From an uncultured Candidatus Saccharibacteria bacterium (GTDB taxonomy: Bacteria > Patescibacteriota > Minisyncoccia > Phycocordibacterales > PALSA-1337), in NCBI GenBank assembly GCA_964529025.1, contig CAZGUZ010000001.1:70163-134162 (forward strand): a stretch of DNA of 64,000 nt. Direction: 5' to 3'. Under the pieces are notes generated by a model. That model searched no databases, was not told the origin of the DNA, and was given only the letters and a program-made list of their open reading frames with translations. Each line of letters starts with the position of its first letter. The first letter of the stretch is position 1. Of the stretch, positions 19,343 to 28,833 are shown piece after piece. Made by a program: the position numbers and the translations under genes.

Positions 19343-20267
19343 GCAAATAGAAAAAGCCTGCATACGACATGAACATGAATACTCATTCATATACACGGGC
19401 GCAGGCGGTCATTCTCATAAAAAATTATCTAACCTTGTTCAAAATACATGTATAGCTGGCCTACTTGGAAGTATTCTAAGAAATATACTTCGTAACCAAA
19501 CTATTCATCGCTCAGAAAATATATTGGTTAAAGAGGTAATACTGCGAATACAAAAACATTGCAATAACTACCTAGTTGCTCATGTACGTTCTGGACTAGA
19601 GTGGAACTATTATCCAATCAACACTCAAGCCCGAGTACCGAACGATCTTGATGATACCTCATTAGCACTCTATTCACTATCATCACCCTCAAACGCCACC
19701 ATCATTAGCAACCATTGCCACAAGCTCATAGCTAATACTTCTAGTTACGACCACAAAATTAACAGCTGGCTCAGAAGTGCGTGTAATCCAGCGTGGTTTC
19801 ATGAAGACATTACTGTATTAGCAAACTTCGGGCGCCTTTGTGATTTATACGGAATTACACACGAACCTCTTACGAATCGCATTTATCACCACATTACAGA
19901 CGACCGTAAATCTATATTCTACGTAAATAATTGGTGGGCTCTGTATGCACTTTCTACCTGGCTGCATGACACCACACTCTTAAACCAACTCTATGATTCA
20001 TGCGCCTCAAAAGAAAGTAGGAGTTGTGTGTCCACTCTCGAACTCTTATGCTTTCTCAAGCTCAGGCAGCGTGGCATAATAGCACAAATAAACACTCAAG
20101 AAGCACGTGTCACATATCATAATCTCATCACTGCACAAGATAATAATGATGAGACCGGCATATATTACGAAAAAATTAATCGCTCGCAGATCTTGATAGC
20201 TCACTCACCCATAATAAAACTAGCTATTGAGGTCGAAATACTCCTGTATGGTATACACAAAGAATAA
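19287..20267 (+). CDS. Hypothetical protein with prenyltransferase/squalene-cyclase-like alpha/alpha-toroid repeat motif
   Basis: 326 aa. The motif ...GLEWNYYPINTQARVPNDLDDTSLALYSL resembles the DxDDT(A/S)xxxxAL repeat of class II terpene cyclase and prenyltransferase beta-subunit toroid folds. It is Trp/Tyr-rich. The ATG overlaps the 3' end of the kinase gene by 56 nt and there is no internal Met, so the true start is uncertain. Confidence 0.45.
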   Translation: MNCKLKQKIITKRILALLKQIEKACIRHEHEYSFIYTGAGGHSHKKLSNLVQNTCIAGLLGSILRNILRNQTIHRSENILVKEVILRIQKHCNNYLVAHVRSGLEWNYYPINTQARVPNDLDDTSLALYSLSSPSNATIISNHCHKLIANTSSYDHKINSWLRSACNPAWFHEDITVLANFGRLCDLYGITHEPLTNRIYHHITDDRKSIFYVNNWWALYALSTWLHDTTLLNQLYDSCASKESRSCVSTLELLCFLKLRQRGIIAQINTQEARVTYHNLITAQDNNDETGIYYEKINRSQILIAHSPIIKLAIEVEILLYGIHKE

Positions 20268-21180
20268 TAAGCCACTTAGTAGCTATCACATTAAATGTGT
20301 ACTCGAAACCCCGGCTCGCATTGCACAATATGCACCAAATAAACTACAGAGCCTCGTCAAACAGACCGGGGATCATCTTGTAACCATATCAAAACACCTC
20401 TGGGCATATTACTGTGACCTTGATATGTATCTGGATACCGGCACTCACAACAGCTTTAATGAACCTAATTCACTCCTTCAGGCAGAAAAGATAATACTCG
20501 AAAAAATCAAAGAACTTCCCGAAGCCTACGCAAATGAGCTACTGGGTCAACATATGCAATTTAAAAAAATCTTCATCAAAAGGAGTTTACGAGAACGCGA
20601 TACTCCTGGGCAGCTCAATGAATTTACCTTGCTCAATCTACCCCTCCTTGGTGTGTTTTTTGGCTCAAAAGGAGATTTATTAGCAATACCAACAATCATT
20701 GCATTTAAACACTCGAGCTTACATCAAAAGACAATAAGCTTTTGCTCGCGCTATATGCGATATTTTGTTCGGGTACGGGCAGTTATTGATGATATTAAAG
20801 ATTGGGAAAATGACCTTCAGTATGGGCATTTAACTTGCATCCACCTTCAATGTATTAAAGCACTCGCCTTAATACAGTACGACCAAACGGAGCATTTATG
20901 CCTTAACCTTAAGGATAGCAGAGAACTCATAAAAACAACTTTATACCAGAAAGTCGTACCCCGATTAATTTATGAAATGATTCGCACTCACCGTGAATAC
21001 ATTAAAGAGATTGACTCTGATGAAATCCTTAGTGATGATTTTAAACGTATTAAGGCAATCCTTGAGCCAGCTCTATCCTACTTCGAAAATCTGGCTAATA
21101 AATACAGGCTTTATTGCGAAAGACAATTACCCACAGCAATTAACATTGATGCTAGTACAAAAATCTGCTATAGTATCTGA
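20227..21180 (+). CDS. Hypothetical protein, divergent trans-polyprenyl diphosphate synthase / class I isoprenoid synthase-fold candidate
   Basis: 317 aa with two Asp-rich motifs about 125 aa apart: YYCDLDMYLDTG (FARM-like) and RAVIDDIKDWENDLQYGHLTCIHL. The second aligns with the SARM block FQIQDDILDxxGDxxxxGKxTLPxI of polyprenyl synthetases. It overlaps the preceding gene by 41 nt; the alternative start MVYTK is at 20248. Confidence 0.45.
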   Translation: MRSKYSCMVYTKNNKPLSSYHIKCVLETPARIAQYAPNKLQSLVKQTGDHLVTISKHLWAYYCDLDMYLDTGTHNSFNEPNSLLQAEKIILEKIKELPEAYANELLGQHMQFKKIFIKRSLRERDTPGQLNEFTLLNLPLLGVFFGSKGDLLAIPTIIAFKHSSLHQKTISFCSRYMRYFVRVRAVIDDIKDWENDLQYGHLTCIHLQCIKALALIQYDQTEHLCLNLKDSRELIKTTLYQKVVPRLIYEMIRTHREYIKEIDSDEILSDDFKRIKAILEPALSYFENLANKYRLYCERQLPTAINIDASTKICYSI

Positions 21181-21310
21181 AGAGTTTGGTCTTTTGTTTT
21201 TCTAAAGCTCGCTTCGGCGAGCTTTCCTGTCCTCGCAAAAGCTTTTGCAGGACTTAAGTATAGATGGTTAAGATCTACACTGTGCTTTATAGATAAAAAT
21301 ATAGAGAATA

Positions 21311-21340
21311 AGAAAGCGGTGGCTATGCCACCGCTTTCTT
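21311..21340 (-). terminator. Intrinsic terminator after the DoxX gene; two further hairpins at 21204-21225 and 21228-21256 probably terminate the plus-strand kinase/toroid/synthase transcript
   Basis: AGAAAGCGGUGGC UAUG GCCACCGCUUUCU is a 13-bp stem, followed on the minus strand by a U-rich tract. The two upstream hairpins, AAAGCUCGC UUCG GCGAGCUUU and GUCCUCGCAAAAG C UUUUGCAGGAC, lack clean U-tracts. Confidence 0.55.
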
Positions 21341-21363
21341 ATTACACACAACAAACAAAACGA

Positions 21364-21834
21364 TTAAACCTTTGGTGCGTTTGTGTTAGCAGCAGAAGCT
21401 GTATCACAACTCTTAATACATGTATTCGAAGCACAGCAGCAAACATCTTTTCTTAATAAAGAGAAACGACCACTTCCGGTTACAAAGAGTGCAATGGCAT
21501 TAAGGAGAAGAACGAAATCGAATTCCCAACCACCAGAGAATCCTTTTGCCCACTTTAGTGAGACAATTGCTCCAATCATTACAGCAGCAATAAGAATAGC
21601 AGCGATTCGAGCATAAACACCAAGGACAATCATAATACCCCCAATAAGCTCAATGAAAGCAACAACATAAGCTAGGTACGCAGGCAAACCGATACTTGTA
21701 AAAAAACCGGCAGTCCCTGCAAGGTCTGCAACCTTTGCCCAGCCGTGAACGATAAATACTGAACCCAGAGCAATTCGAATAATTACTAAAGCAATATCAT
21801 TATTGCAACAAACTTTATTAAATAAATTTTTCAT
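21364..21834 (-). CDS. DoxX-family membrane protein with Cys-rich C-terminal tail
   Basis: 156 aa. The DoxX core is MKNLFNK...IALVIIRIALGSVFIVHGWAKV.... It has an unusual C-terminus, ...RKDVCCCASNTCIKSCDTASAANTNAPKV, and an N-terminal CC. Confidence 0.75.
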   Translation of the reverse strand: MKNLFNKVCCNNDIALVIIRIALGSVFIVHGWAKVADLAGTAGFFTSIGLPAYLAYVVAFIELIGGIMIVLGVYARIAAILIAAVMIGAIVSLKWAKGFSGGWEFDFVLLLNAIALFVTGSGRFSLLRKDVCCCASNTCIKSCDTASAANTNAPKV

Positions 21835-21850
21835 ATGTGTAAATTGTGTA

Positions 21851-22705
21851 TTAATTATACTCTATCTTGGGTACTAAATACAGATCCTGATTATAGCCGC
21901 CGACTCCAATGTACTCTGCCTTGCTTTGCATGATAAGTTCATATGGTAAACAGTGGCGGCAACCCTTTTCTCCTTGTGGACACACAAATTCTTTTGAATC
22001 GCGTGCATTCTTAACTTGGACAGCGACCTTCATTACCCTCTCGCGAGCACTTACGAGATCGGGCAAATCGACAGTAACCGGTGTATCATCGCGGTCAATA
22101 TACCAATAACTTGCACCTTCTACCTTGCGCTTCTGAATTGCATCGACAATAAGGTGGTATATAGGCAATTGCAATGAATCCTCTTTCTCATCATACTTAC
22201 CTGTTTTAAAATCAAGGATATGTACTTGATCAGTCTCTTCAACATACTGTAGCCAGTCGACTTTGCCACACAAAATAAGATTATCATCTTGCGACAAATA
22301 AAAGTGTGGTAAGTCGCCTTTATTCTTAAAAGCTTTTTTAAGGAGCGGCTGAGGATGATTCTTAACCCTTTCAATCATCGCTCGACCACGCTCAAAAAAA
22401 CTTTTTTCTTCTTCGGGAGAAGTAAAACCGCCAATCTTTCCTGAAACCTTCGCCCATTCTTCTAAAAATCTTTTGTTGAAATCCACACTTGTTCTTTCTT
22501 CTGCTTTTATGTTTGCTAATGGTTCAAGGACACCGTGCACTGCTTGCCCGAGTGACATTGCTGGGGCAACGATACCAACTTTTCGTCTCGTTTTTGGGTT
22601 TTTATACACATTATGCAAATAATACAATCGCGGGCATTTCAAAAAATCACCCATTGAGGAGTGTGATACCCACACTGCGCTAAATTTATCATTTGAAAAA
22701 GCCAT
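21851..22705 (-). CDS. Stand-alone Fe-S PD-(D/E)XK nuclease (Cas4/AddB-nuclease-domain-like; not CRISPR-associated here)
   Basis: 284 aa. One N-terminal Cys (CPRLYY), a D...ILDFKTGK PD-(D/E)XK-like core and a C-terminal CPQGEKGCRHC (Cx6Cx2C) give the 1+3 cysteine arrangement of Cas4/AddB Fe-S nuclease domains. Confidence 0.6.
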   Translation of the reverse strand: MAFSNDKFSAVWVSHSSMGDFLKCPRLYYLHNVYKNPKTRRKVGIVAPAMSLGQAVHGVLEPLANIKAEERTSVDFNKRFLEEWAKVSGKIGGFTSPEEEKSFFERGRAMIERVKNHPQPLLKKAFKNKGDLPHFYLSQDDNLILCGKVDWLQYVEETDQVHILDFKTGKYDEKEDSLQLPIYHLIVDAIQKRKVEGASYWYIDRDDTPVTVDLPDLVSARERVMKVAVQVKNARDSKEFVCPQGEKGCRHCLPYELIMQSKAEYIGVGGYNQDLYLVPKIEYN

Positions 22706-22727
22706 ATGTCGTGTAGTAAGTTACTCT

Positions 22728-23354
22728 TTAACGATCTAAGATATCCTTAAGAACAGGAATTACTCTTTGAGCAATTTTTGCATAGCCAGCGTCATTTGGA
22801 TGTACCGCATCGTACATAAGCTCTTTATTGAGGAGGATTCCATCGAGAACATCTGAAACGTATGCGGTCTTATATTTCTTTGAAAGTTCCTCAAACTTCT
22901 CTTCGTAATTATCTCGAAGGAGTCCGCCTCTAACACCAAGCAAAACAACTACGACTCCTCTGTCGGTAAGGCTTTTAACAATATAATCAAGATTCCTCCA
23001 GGTTTCTTCTGGTGGCACTTTACGCAAATAATCATTACCACCGAGTAGAACAAGAACAATACCTGGATCTTCAGCATAAACTTCGCCCAAACGTGCCACG
23101 CCATCGGCTGTGGTGTTTCCGGGAATACCTAGATTTTTAATAGGAATTTTAAGAGCTCTTGAAGTCTGAGAGACGAAGTTATTACCCGTTGTTGCCCCAA
23201 CTCCGTTAATGAGACTGTCTCCGAAAGCAACGATTCGAGCATTTTTAGGAGGGGTATTTGCAATTGTATTACCAGACAATATGAACCAACCAGCAACACA
23301 AATTACGATAAGCACCAACCCTGCCCATAATTTATTCTGCGAAATCGATAGCAT
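22728..23354 (-). CDS. SGNH/GDSL hydrolase (arylesterase/lysophospholipase-like), secreted or membrane-anchored
   Basis: 208 aa. N-terminal TM/signal, block I VAFGDSL, block III GGNDY, and a C-terminal DAVHPNDAGY catalytic Asp/His. Confidence 0.8.
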   Translation of the reverse strand: MLSISQNKLWAGLVLIVICVAGWFILSGNTIANTPPKNARIVAFGDSLINGVGATTGNNFVSQTSRALKIPIKNLGIPGNTTADGVARLGEVYAEDPGIVLVLLGGNDYLRKVPPEETWRNLDYIVKSLTDRGVVVVLLGVRGGLLRDNYEEKFEELSKKYKTAYVSDVLDGILLNKELMYDAVHPNDAGYAKIAQRVIPVLKDILDR

Positions 23355-25571
23355 TTATTTGAGTTGGATTGGGTTTCGACCTAGCTTAATTTCTTTAATT
23401 ACATTATCAGCTTTTGTTTTGTCTTCAGTTGAACCATTCTCGAGAACATACGTTGCCTGCGCTAATGCTTTAGATGGATTCTTAAGTATCATTGCCACGC
23501 CAGCGAGCATAAAGCGATATTCACTATTTTGTGGCTGTGCAAGAATAGCTTCATCAAGACCTTGCTCGGCAAGCTTGTACTGTGACTGTGAAATCAATGC
23601 ACCAATAACCCTTCTATCGGTACGTACATCGCCATATTGCTTAACAAGAGTAGTTGCTTGATCGACTTTGTCTGATAGTAATAAAGTGAGCGTATACATC
23701 ACTCGTGCTTCTGGGTACTCTGGTGACATGTCGTATGCTTTCTTTGCTTCAACAACACCAAGATTTTCTTGTCCAAGAGTCATGAATGAAATTGCTTTTT
23801 CAAGATATACAGTGTGTTTTTGTGGGGTGAGCTTTTCCGCAGTTGCAAGTAACTCTAATGCCCTCTCTGCCTGCCCCATACGATTGAGACTAGAAGCAAG
23901 TATTAAATATGGGCGAGCATCCCCTGGTGTATCTTTAATTTGCTCATACATACCATCTACTGCAGCCTGTACAATTTCGCGCTGCTTATCGGCAGGTATT
24001 GCTGGCGATCCTACAATACCTGTAGCACATACAAGAAACTGCTCTCGTGCTTCTTGTCGAGCAACCGGACTAAGCTGTGCAGCCTGGGTAAAATAAAGCG
24101 CATTTGGCTGTCCAGACTGACAAGAGAACAAACCTTTAATGAGCGAGTAATTTGCTCGTAGCGGGTTAACAATTGTTACGTAGGCAAGAATACAAAGGGC
24201 AACAACAACAGCCGGCATAACAATAAGCTCACGAACGTCTTTTTGCTGAGATACAATCGCAAGCTCTGTTAGCTCTTCACCACCAGATAAATAACTTGCG
24301 AGTGATATCATCAAGAAGAACATCAAATAACTTGTATTATTATCAAAAACAAAAACGTTGTGAACCGCATATGCAATAAGGAAACCAATGAGGGCTGCTT
24401 TCTCTGCTGATTTAAGCGATTTAGTTTTGACGACACTTCGCACTACAAAAAAATACAATGATACGTATGCAAGAAAGCCTAGGAAGCCGCCCGCAACAAG
24501 CCAATCAAGAAAGACGCTGTGGGCACGATCAAACCACTGCTCATGGCGCCACATATCTTTAACATAATGAGAGTTGAATACATAGTTGAATCCTTCTTGA
24601 CCCCAACCAAACAGAGGGCGTTCAAGGGCACCCGTAACTGCAATTGGCCAAATATAACCTCGTGCCTGAGTCTTGTTCTCATTCCATGAAATAGAAGTGT
24701 ATCGCTCAAGAATTGGTGGCAATGTAACTATACCTGTTGCACGAACAGTAAATAGCGCCGCAACACCCAAGAACATAGCCGCAATAATACCCAGAATTAT
24801 ATATCGATACCGAGCTGTTTCCTCTTGATTACGATCAAACCAAACATAAGCAATACCGCCAATACATGCAGCAGCTACTAGACCTATCATTGAACCTCGC
24901 GTTGCAGTAAAGAACAGAACGATACCAAAGTTAACAACAAGGAAAGCATAACCGAGATATACTCCAATATTCTTGACCGAACTACCAACAAACATATAAA
25001 ACGTTAAGAATATATGCACAAGCATGTACACAGCCAAATAAGCAGCATTACCGAGTGTCGCATCCAAACGGGTATCGCTTTGGTGAATTTCTGAAAGACC
25101 CCCCAACTGCATGAGTCCCTTATAACAAACCATAACAGCTGCTCCGAGCGAGAAAGCTATGTATCGGCGCCACTCTGCAGCAGTCTTTAAGAGTGAGCTC
25201 AAAGCAATATAGTATAAATACAAATATAGAATAGTAAAGAATCCTTCCATTCGTTCAAAGTTCGAGAAAAATGCCTTAGATGAATTCTCTGCTCCGAATG
25301 AAGAAATGAGTGTAACAACGACGAGTGCAGTTGTTGCATAAAGTATTGAATTCTTTTTGGGCAAAAAAGAATTATCACGAATAGCAAGCAAAGCCCAAGC
25401 ACCAAAGCCAATTGATATACAAAGTCTGAGCCACAACGCTTTTCCAACAATAAATGGAAAGAACAAACTATTCGCGACAAATAGTGGAGTAAATAAAACA
25501 CCAATCAAAGCGGCCGTCGCAATCCATTTTAAAATTGTATTTGTAGAATTCATATGTATGAATAGTAACAA
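23355..25571 (-). CDS. O-antigen ligase (Wzy_C)-family membrane protein with C-terminal TPR repeats
   Basis: 738 aa. About 11 TM helices with a large periplasmic loop are typical of the WaaL/O-antigen ligase family. The C-terminal roughly 280 aa has TPR-like repeats. Confidence 0.65.
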   Translation of the reverse strand: MLLFIHMNSTNTILKWIATAALIGVLFTPLFVANSLFFPFIVGKALWLRLCISIGFGAWALLAIRDNSFLPKKNSILYATTALVVVTLISSFGAENSSKAFFSNFERMEGFFTILYLYLYYIALSSLLKTAAEWRRYIAFSLGAAVMVCYKGLMQLGGLSEIHQSDTRLDATLGNAAYLAVYMLVHIFLTFYMFVGSSVKNIGVYLGYAFLVVNFGIVLFFTATRGSMIGLVAAACIGGIAYVWFDRNQEETARYRYIILGIIAAMFLGVAALFTVRATGIVTLPPILERYTSISWNENKTQARGYIWPIAVTGALERPLFGWGQEGFNYVFNSHYVKDMWRHEQWFDRAHSVFLDWLVAGGFLGFLAYVSLYFFVVRSVVKTKSLKSAEKAALIGFLIAYAVHNVFVFDNNTSYLMFFLMISLASYLSGGEELTELAIVSQQKDVRELIVMPAVVVALCILAYVTIVNPLRANYSLIKGLFSCQSGQPNALYFTQAAQLSPVARQEAREQFLVCATGIVGSPAIPADKQREIVQAAVDGMYEQIKDTPGDARPYLILASSLNRMGQAERALELLATAEKLTPQKHTVYLEKAISFMTLGQENLGVVEAKKAYDMSPEYPEARVMYTLTLLLSDKVDQATTLVKQYGDVRTDRRVIGALISQSQYKLAEQGLDEAILAQPQNSEYRFMLAGVAMILKNPSKALAQATYVLENGSTEDKTKADNVIKEIKLGRNPIQLK

Positions 25572-25602
25572 AAGGAGCGAGTCTATGCTAGAGTAGAATC
25601 AT

Positions 25603-26874
25603 ATGAAAGTACAGGTAATTGGGGTCAAATTCTTACGCTATCTCGAAAAATACACCAAAACTGATATGGTCTACCTTGCAAAAGGTGGTTTTTGGCTGAG
25701 TATAGGCCAAGGAATGGCCATGGTCTCTTCTTTTGCCCTGTCTGTGCTCCTTGCCCGAGCCCTTCCCCAGGAAACATTTGGAACATATAAATTCATTTTG
25801 TCTATTACAAGTATCATTAGCGGCCTATCACTATCTGGTCTTGGAACAGCACTACTTCAGTCGGTTGCTCGAGGTAAGGACGGCACTCTTTTTCTTGCCA
25901 TCCGCACACAACTTATTTGGACAAGCGTTCTTGGTGTGGCTTTTCTTTTGGTGGCAGGTTATTACACACTCAATGATAATTTCATTATTGCCACATCCTT
26001 ACTTATAGCCGGAGCAACCACGCCTTTTGTAAACTGCTTCGGACTCTATGGCTCATTTTTGAGTGGAAAAAAAGATTTTAAACGATCCACCCTTTATTGG
26101 ATAATTAGCCATGTGGTCAACGTCTCAGTTATAGCAATCATTGCGCTTACAACTCACAATGTAATTTACCTTGTTGCCGGATACTTTGTATCACAACTTA
26201 TTACAAGTATTATTTTTTATCGCAGAACAATTTCTTTATATAATCCCAATAAGAATAACAATGATCCGGAAATGATAACGTATGGATCCCACTTAAGTGC
26301 AATTAATATCTTTGGGACAATAGCAAATCAACTTGATAAAATACTTGTCTTTCACTTTGTGGGTGCTGCCCCTCTTGCAGCATATTCGTTTGCGTTTGCA
26401 ATTCCCGAACAAGTTAAAGGGTCACTTAAAAACCTTGTAACTGTTGGTGTCCCGAAGCTTGCAGAACTCGGAGAGGATCATTTACGAAAAAGTTTAGTAG
26501 ATAAGATACTCCGTCTTACCGTAATTTGTGCTGCCATCGTAGTGCTGTACTGGATTACTGCACCGTATATTTTTGCTGTGCTTTTCCCAGCATATATGAA
26601 TGCTGTCTTTTACTCGCAGCTTTATATGGTAGGGCTTATATTTTTCCCTGGAATTTCACTTTTTGCTTTATATTTTCAGCTCATGCAACAAACAGCAGCA
26701 CAATATAAACTCAGCATTATTGGAAACGTGGTTACCATAGTACTCGGCATCATACTCATTGCTCGATATGGTGCACTTGGGGCTGTACTCGAAAACACCC
26801 TTTCATGGAGCATACTCCTACTTATTAATCTTGTATTTTTTATAATACGCGGCTATAAGATTAGAAAAGTATAA
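25603..26874 (+). CDS. Polysaccharide biosynthesis protein / oligosaccharide flippase (MOP superfamily, Wzx-like)
   Basis: 423 aa, about 12 TM helices, typical Wzx architecture. It is the only plus-strand gene in the island. Confidence 0.7.
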   Translation: MKVQVIGVKFLRYLEKYTKTDMVYLAKGGFWLSIGQGMAMVSSFALSVLLARALPQETFGTYKFILSITSIISGLSLSGLGTALLQSVARGKDGTLFLAIRTQLIWTSVLGVAFLLVAGYYTLNDNFIIATSLLIAGATTPFVNCFGLYGSFLSGKKDFKRSTLYWIISHVVNVSVIAIIALTTHNVIYLVAGYFVSQLITSIIFYRRTISLYNPNKNNNDPEMITYGSHLSAINIFGTIANQLDKILVFHFVGAAPLAAYSFAFAIPEQVKGSLKNLVTVGVPKLAELGEDHLRKSLVDKILRLTVICAAIVVLYWITAPYIFAVLFPAYMNAVFYSQLYMVGLIFFPGISLFALYFQLMQQTAAQYKLSIIGNVVTIVLGIILIARYGALGAVLENTLSWSILLLINLVFFIIRGYKIRKV

Positions 26875-27615
26875 TTACTTTTTCTTAAAGACAAAAACGG
26901 TTTCGTGAAATAAACCTCGTGTGCCTGGAATCAAGTTACAACATGTATCAATTATTTTTTGCACAAAAGGAGCAATGGTAGGAATACTCCAAAGCTTCGG
27001 CACAAAAATTCCATATGAGTGTGCTGATTCGATTGAAAAGCCAGCATTAGCGGCCACCTTTTTTATGTGTCTAATTGTTGGGTAAGTATCAAGAAAATCT
27101 ACTCCTTCTTGTCGCAGTTTTCTAACTCGGGCCTCAATAGAATACTTTGCCGCGACGCCGTAAATAAAATAGCCTCCAGATTTTAATTTATTTGAAACAT
27201 GTTCGAACTCATTCTCTAGATCTCCAACATATACTCCAAGCTCAGTCACAATATCGTACTTTTTATCTTGCGCTTCATCCCCTCGTAAAAAATAGTTGAA
27301 TCGAGTGTCTGTAGTCTGCTTTCGTGCTTGTTCAACCATACCTGAGGCAATATCAACAGCATCAATCTGTGCCAAAGCTTTTTGCGTAATCTGATCAAGT
27401 CGGCGCACAACTGAACCGTCAGCGCAACCAATGTCAAAAAGGCTCACCGTGCCCTGCTCTTTAAGACCAAGTACGAGCGGAGCAAATATCTTTTCTACAA
27501 TACCTAATCGTGTACGAAAAATATACTGGGGGTACGACACGAGTTTACCTTCATAGCGCTTTTGAGAATACTGAGAACTTTCTTGAGTGTAATAGCCGGG
27601 AATATCTTTGTGCAT
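26875..27615 (-). CDS. Class I SAM-dependent methyltransferase
   Basis: 246 aa with motif I LFDIGCADGSV and a Rossmann-fold pattern. Confidence 0.75.
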   Translation of the reverse strand: MHKDIPGYYTQESSQYSQKRYEGKLVSYPQYIFRTRLGIVEKIFAPLVLGLKEQGTVSLFDIGCADGSVVRRLDQITQKALAQIDAVDIASGMVEQARKQTTDTRFNYFLRGDEAQDKKYDIVTELGVYVGDLENEFEHVSNKLKSGGYFIYGVAAKYSIEARVRKLRQEGVDFLDTYPTIRHIKKVAANAGFSIESAHSYGIFVPKLWSIPTIAPFVQKIIDTCCNLIPGTRGLFHETVFVFKKK

Positions 27616-27620
27616 ATAAT

Positions 27621-28832
27621 TTATTTATATGTATCATACCAAGAAACTAGTCTTTGTATAAATGCCTCTTGAGAAAATAGTTTTAATGCTGTTTCTTGTG
27701 CTCGTGCAGCTTTACGCTCTGCATCACTTGGATTCCTAAGTACTTCGACAATTGATTGAGATATGAAAGTCACATCAGGATTACCTACGTAGCCCAAATT
27801 ACTATCAATCAACTCTGGGGCACCTCCTCGGTTAGTAACAATAACAGGAACATTCATCATCATTGCTTCAATAATAACAGTTGGTAGTGGGTCAACATAC
27901 TGAGACGGAACAACCACACATAGTGAACGAGCATACACTGATGGCATTTTGTCTCGAGGGAGCCAACCGACGCATTCAAAGCTATCTTGTATAGAATTTT
28001 TTTGAGCATAGCTATTAATCTTTTTCTGCTCAACTTCCGACACACCCACAAGGAGTAACTTTATCTGAGGAAATATTTTGCGAACATCAGACAAAGCCTG
28101 TATAGCAATATAGATTCCTTTTGCTGCCGATGCCCTTCCTCCGAATAATACATACTGAACATCATTGTTTAGTGAGAACTCTTTATTAAGTTCTTCAACT
28201 GTTTTTCTGTCGCGACTCACCTGGCCAAATTTATTTGTATTAATTCCATTATGAATTACACGCTCAACTACCAGACCATTTTCTTCGAGCACTTGCTTAA
28301 GTGCATTACTAACCGCAGCAACTTTTACTTTACAAAGACAATAGCGAATTAATAACTCACGAAATGGATTCCACGTATGTCGAGAAGAAACAAATCTTTC
28401 ACGTAAGGTAATTGTGTGATTATGAGTAACTTTTGATGGGAAAACGGACATTGCATCATGTGCAGTAAAGAATGTTGGCGCCACTTTTTGTGCCAAACAG
28501 CAAACTGCAAAAGAGAAATGTGTGTGAACATTATGAATATGAATTACTCGAGGAGACTCTTGTTTCAAGATCTTACGCACTTTCATGAGCATACTTATAT
28601 TTAAAACTCCGATCCACTGACGAAATACGTCTGGATATGAACTATATATTTTAATTATTTTAACTCCTCCTTGTTCAAAAGTTCCCTCATCTTTTTTATG
28701 ATTACAACGCGTAAGAACAGTGACAGAATATCCATGTGTCACTAAACCTTCTGCATGCTCTGCTGCAATAGCACCCGCTCCCCCTGTAACAATTGGAGGG
28801 TAGTCATCAGTAATAATACAAATTTTATTCAT
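27621..28832 (-). CDS. GT4-family (GT-B) glycosyltransferase
   Basis: 403 aa. The N-terminal sugar-acceptor domain (ICIITDDYPPIVTGGAGAIAAEHAEGL) and a C-terminal Glycos_transf_1 domain with the E..E motif region (VVPSQYVDPLPTVIIEAMMMNVPVIVT) are present. Confidence 0.8.
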   Translation of the reverse strand: MNKICIITDDYPPIVTGGAGAIAAEHAEGLVTHGYSVTVLTRCNHKKDEGTFEQGGVKIIKIYSSYPDVFRQWIGVLNISMLMKVRKILKQESPRVIHIHNVHTHFSFAVCCLAQKVAPTFFTAHDAMSVFPSKVTHNHTITLRERFVSSRHTWNPFRELLIRYCLCKVKVAAVSNALKQVLEENGLVVERVIHNGINTNKFGQVSRDRKTVEELNKEFSLNNDVQYVLFGGRASAAKGIYIAIQALSDVRKIFPQIKLLLVGVSEVEQKKINSYAQKNSIQDSFECVGWLPRDKMPSVYARSLCVVVPSQYVDPLPTVIIEAMMMNVPVIVTNRGGAPELIDSNLGYVGNPDVTFISQSIVEVLRNPSDAERKAARAQETALKLFSQEAFIQRLVSWYDTYK

Positions 28833-28833
28833 A

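Noticed and set aside
20227-21180. Class I terpene synthase (cyclase) call for the 317-aa protein
   Set aside because: It has an Asp-rich first motif but lacks a convincing NSE/DTE triad. The second motif matches the polyprenyl-synthase SARM block better. Only the generic isoprenoid-synthase-fold hypothesis is retained.
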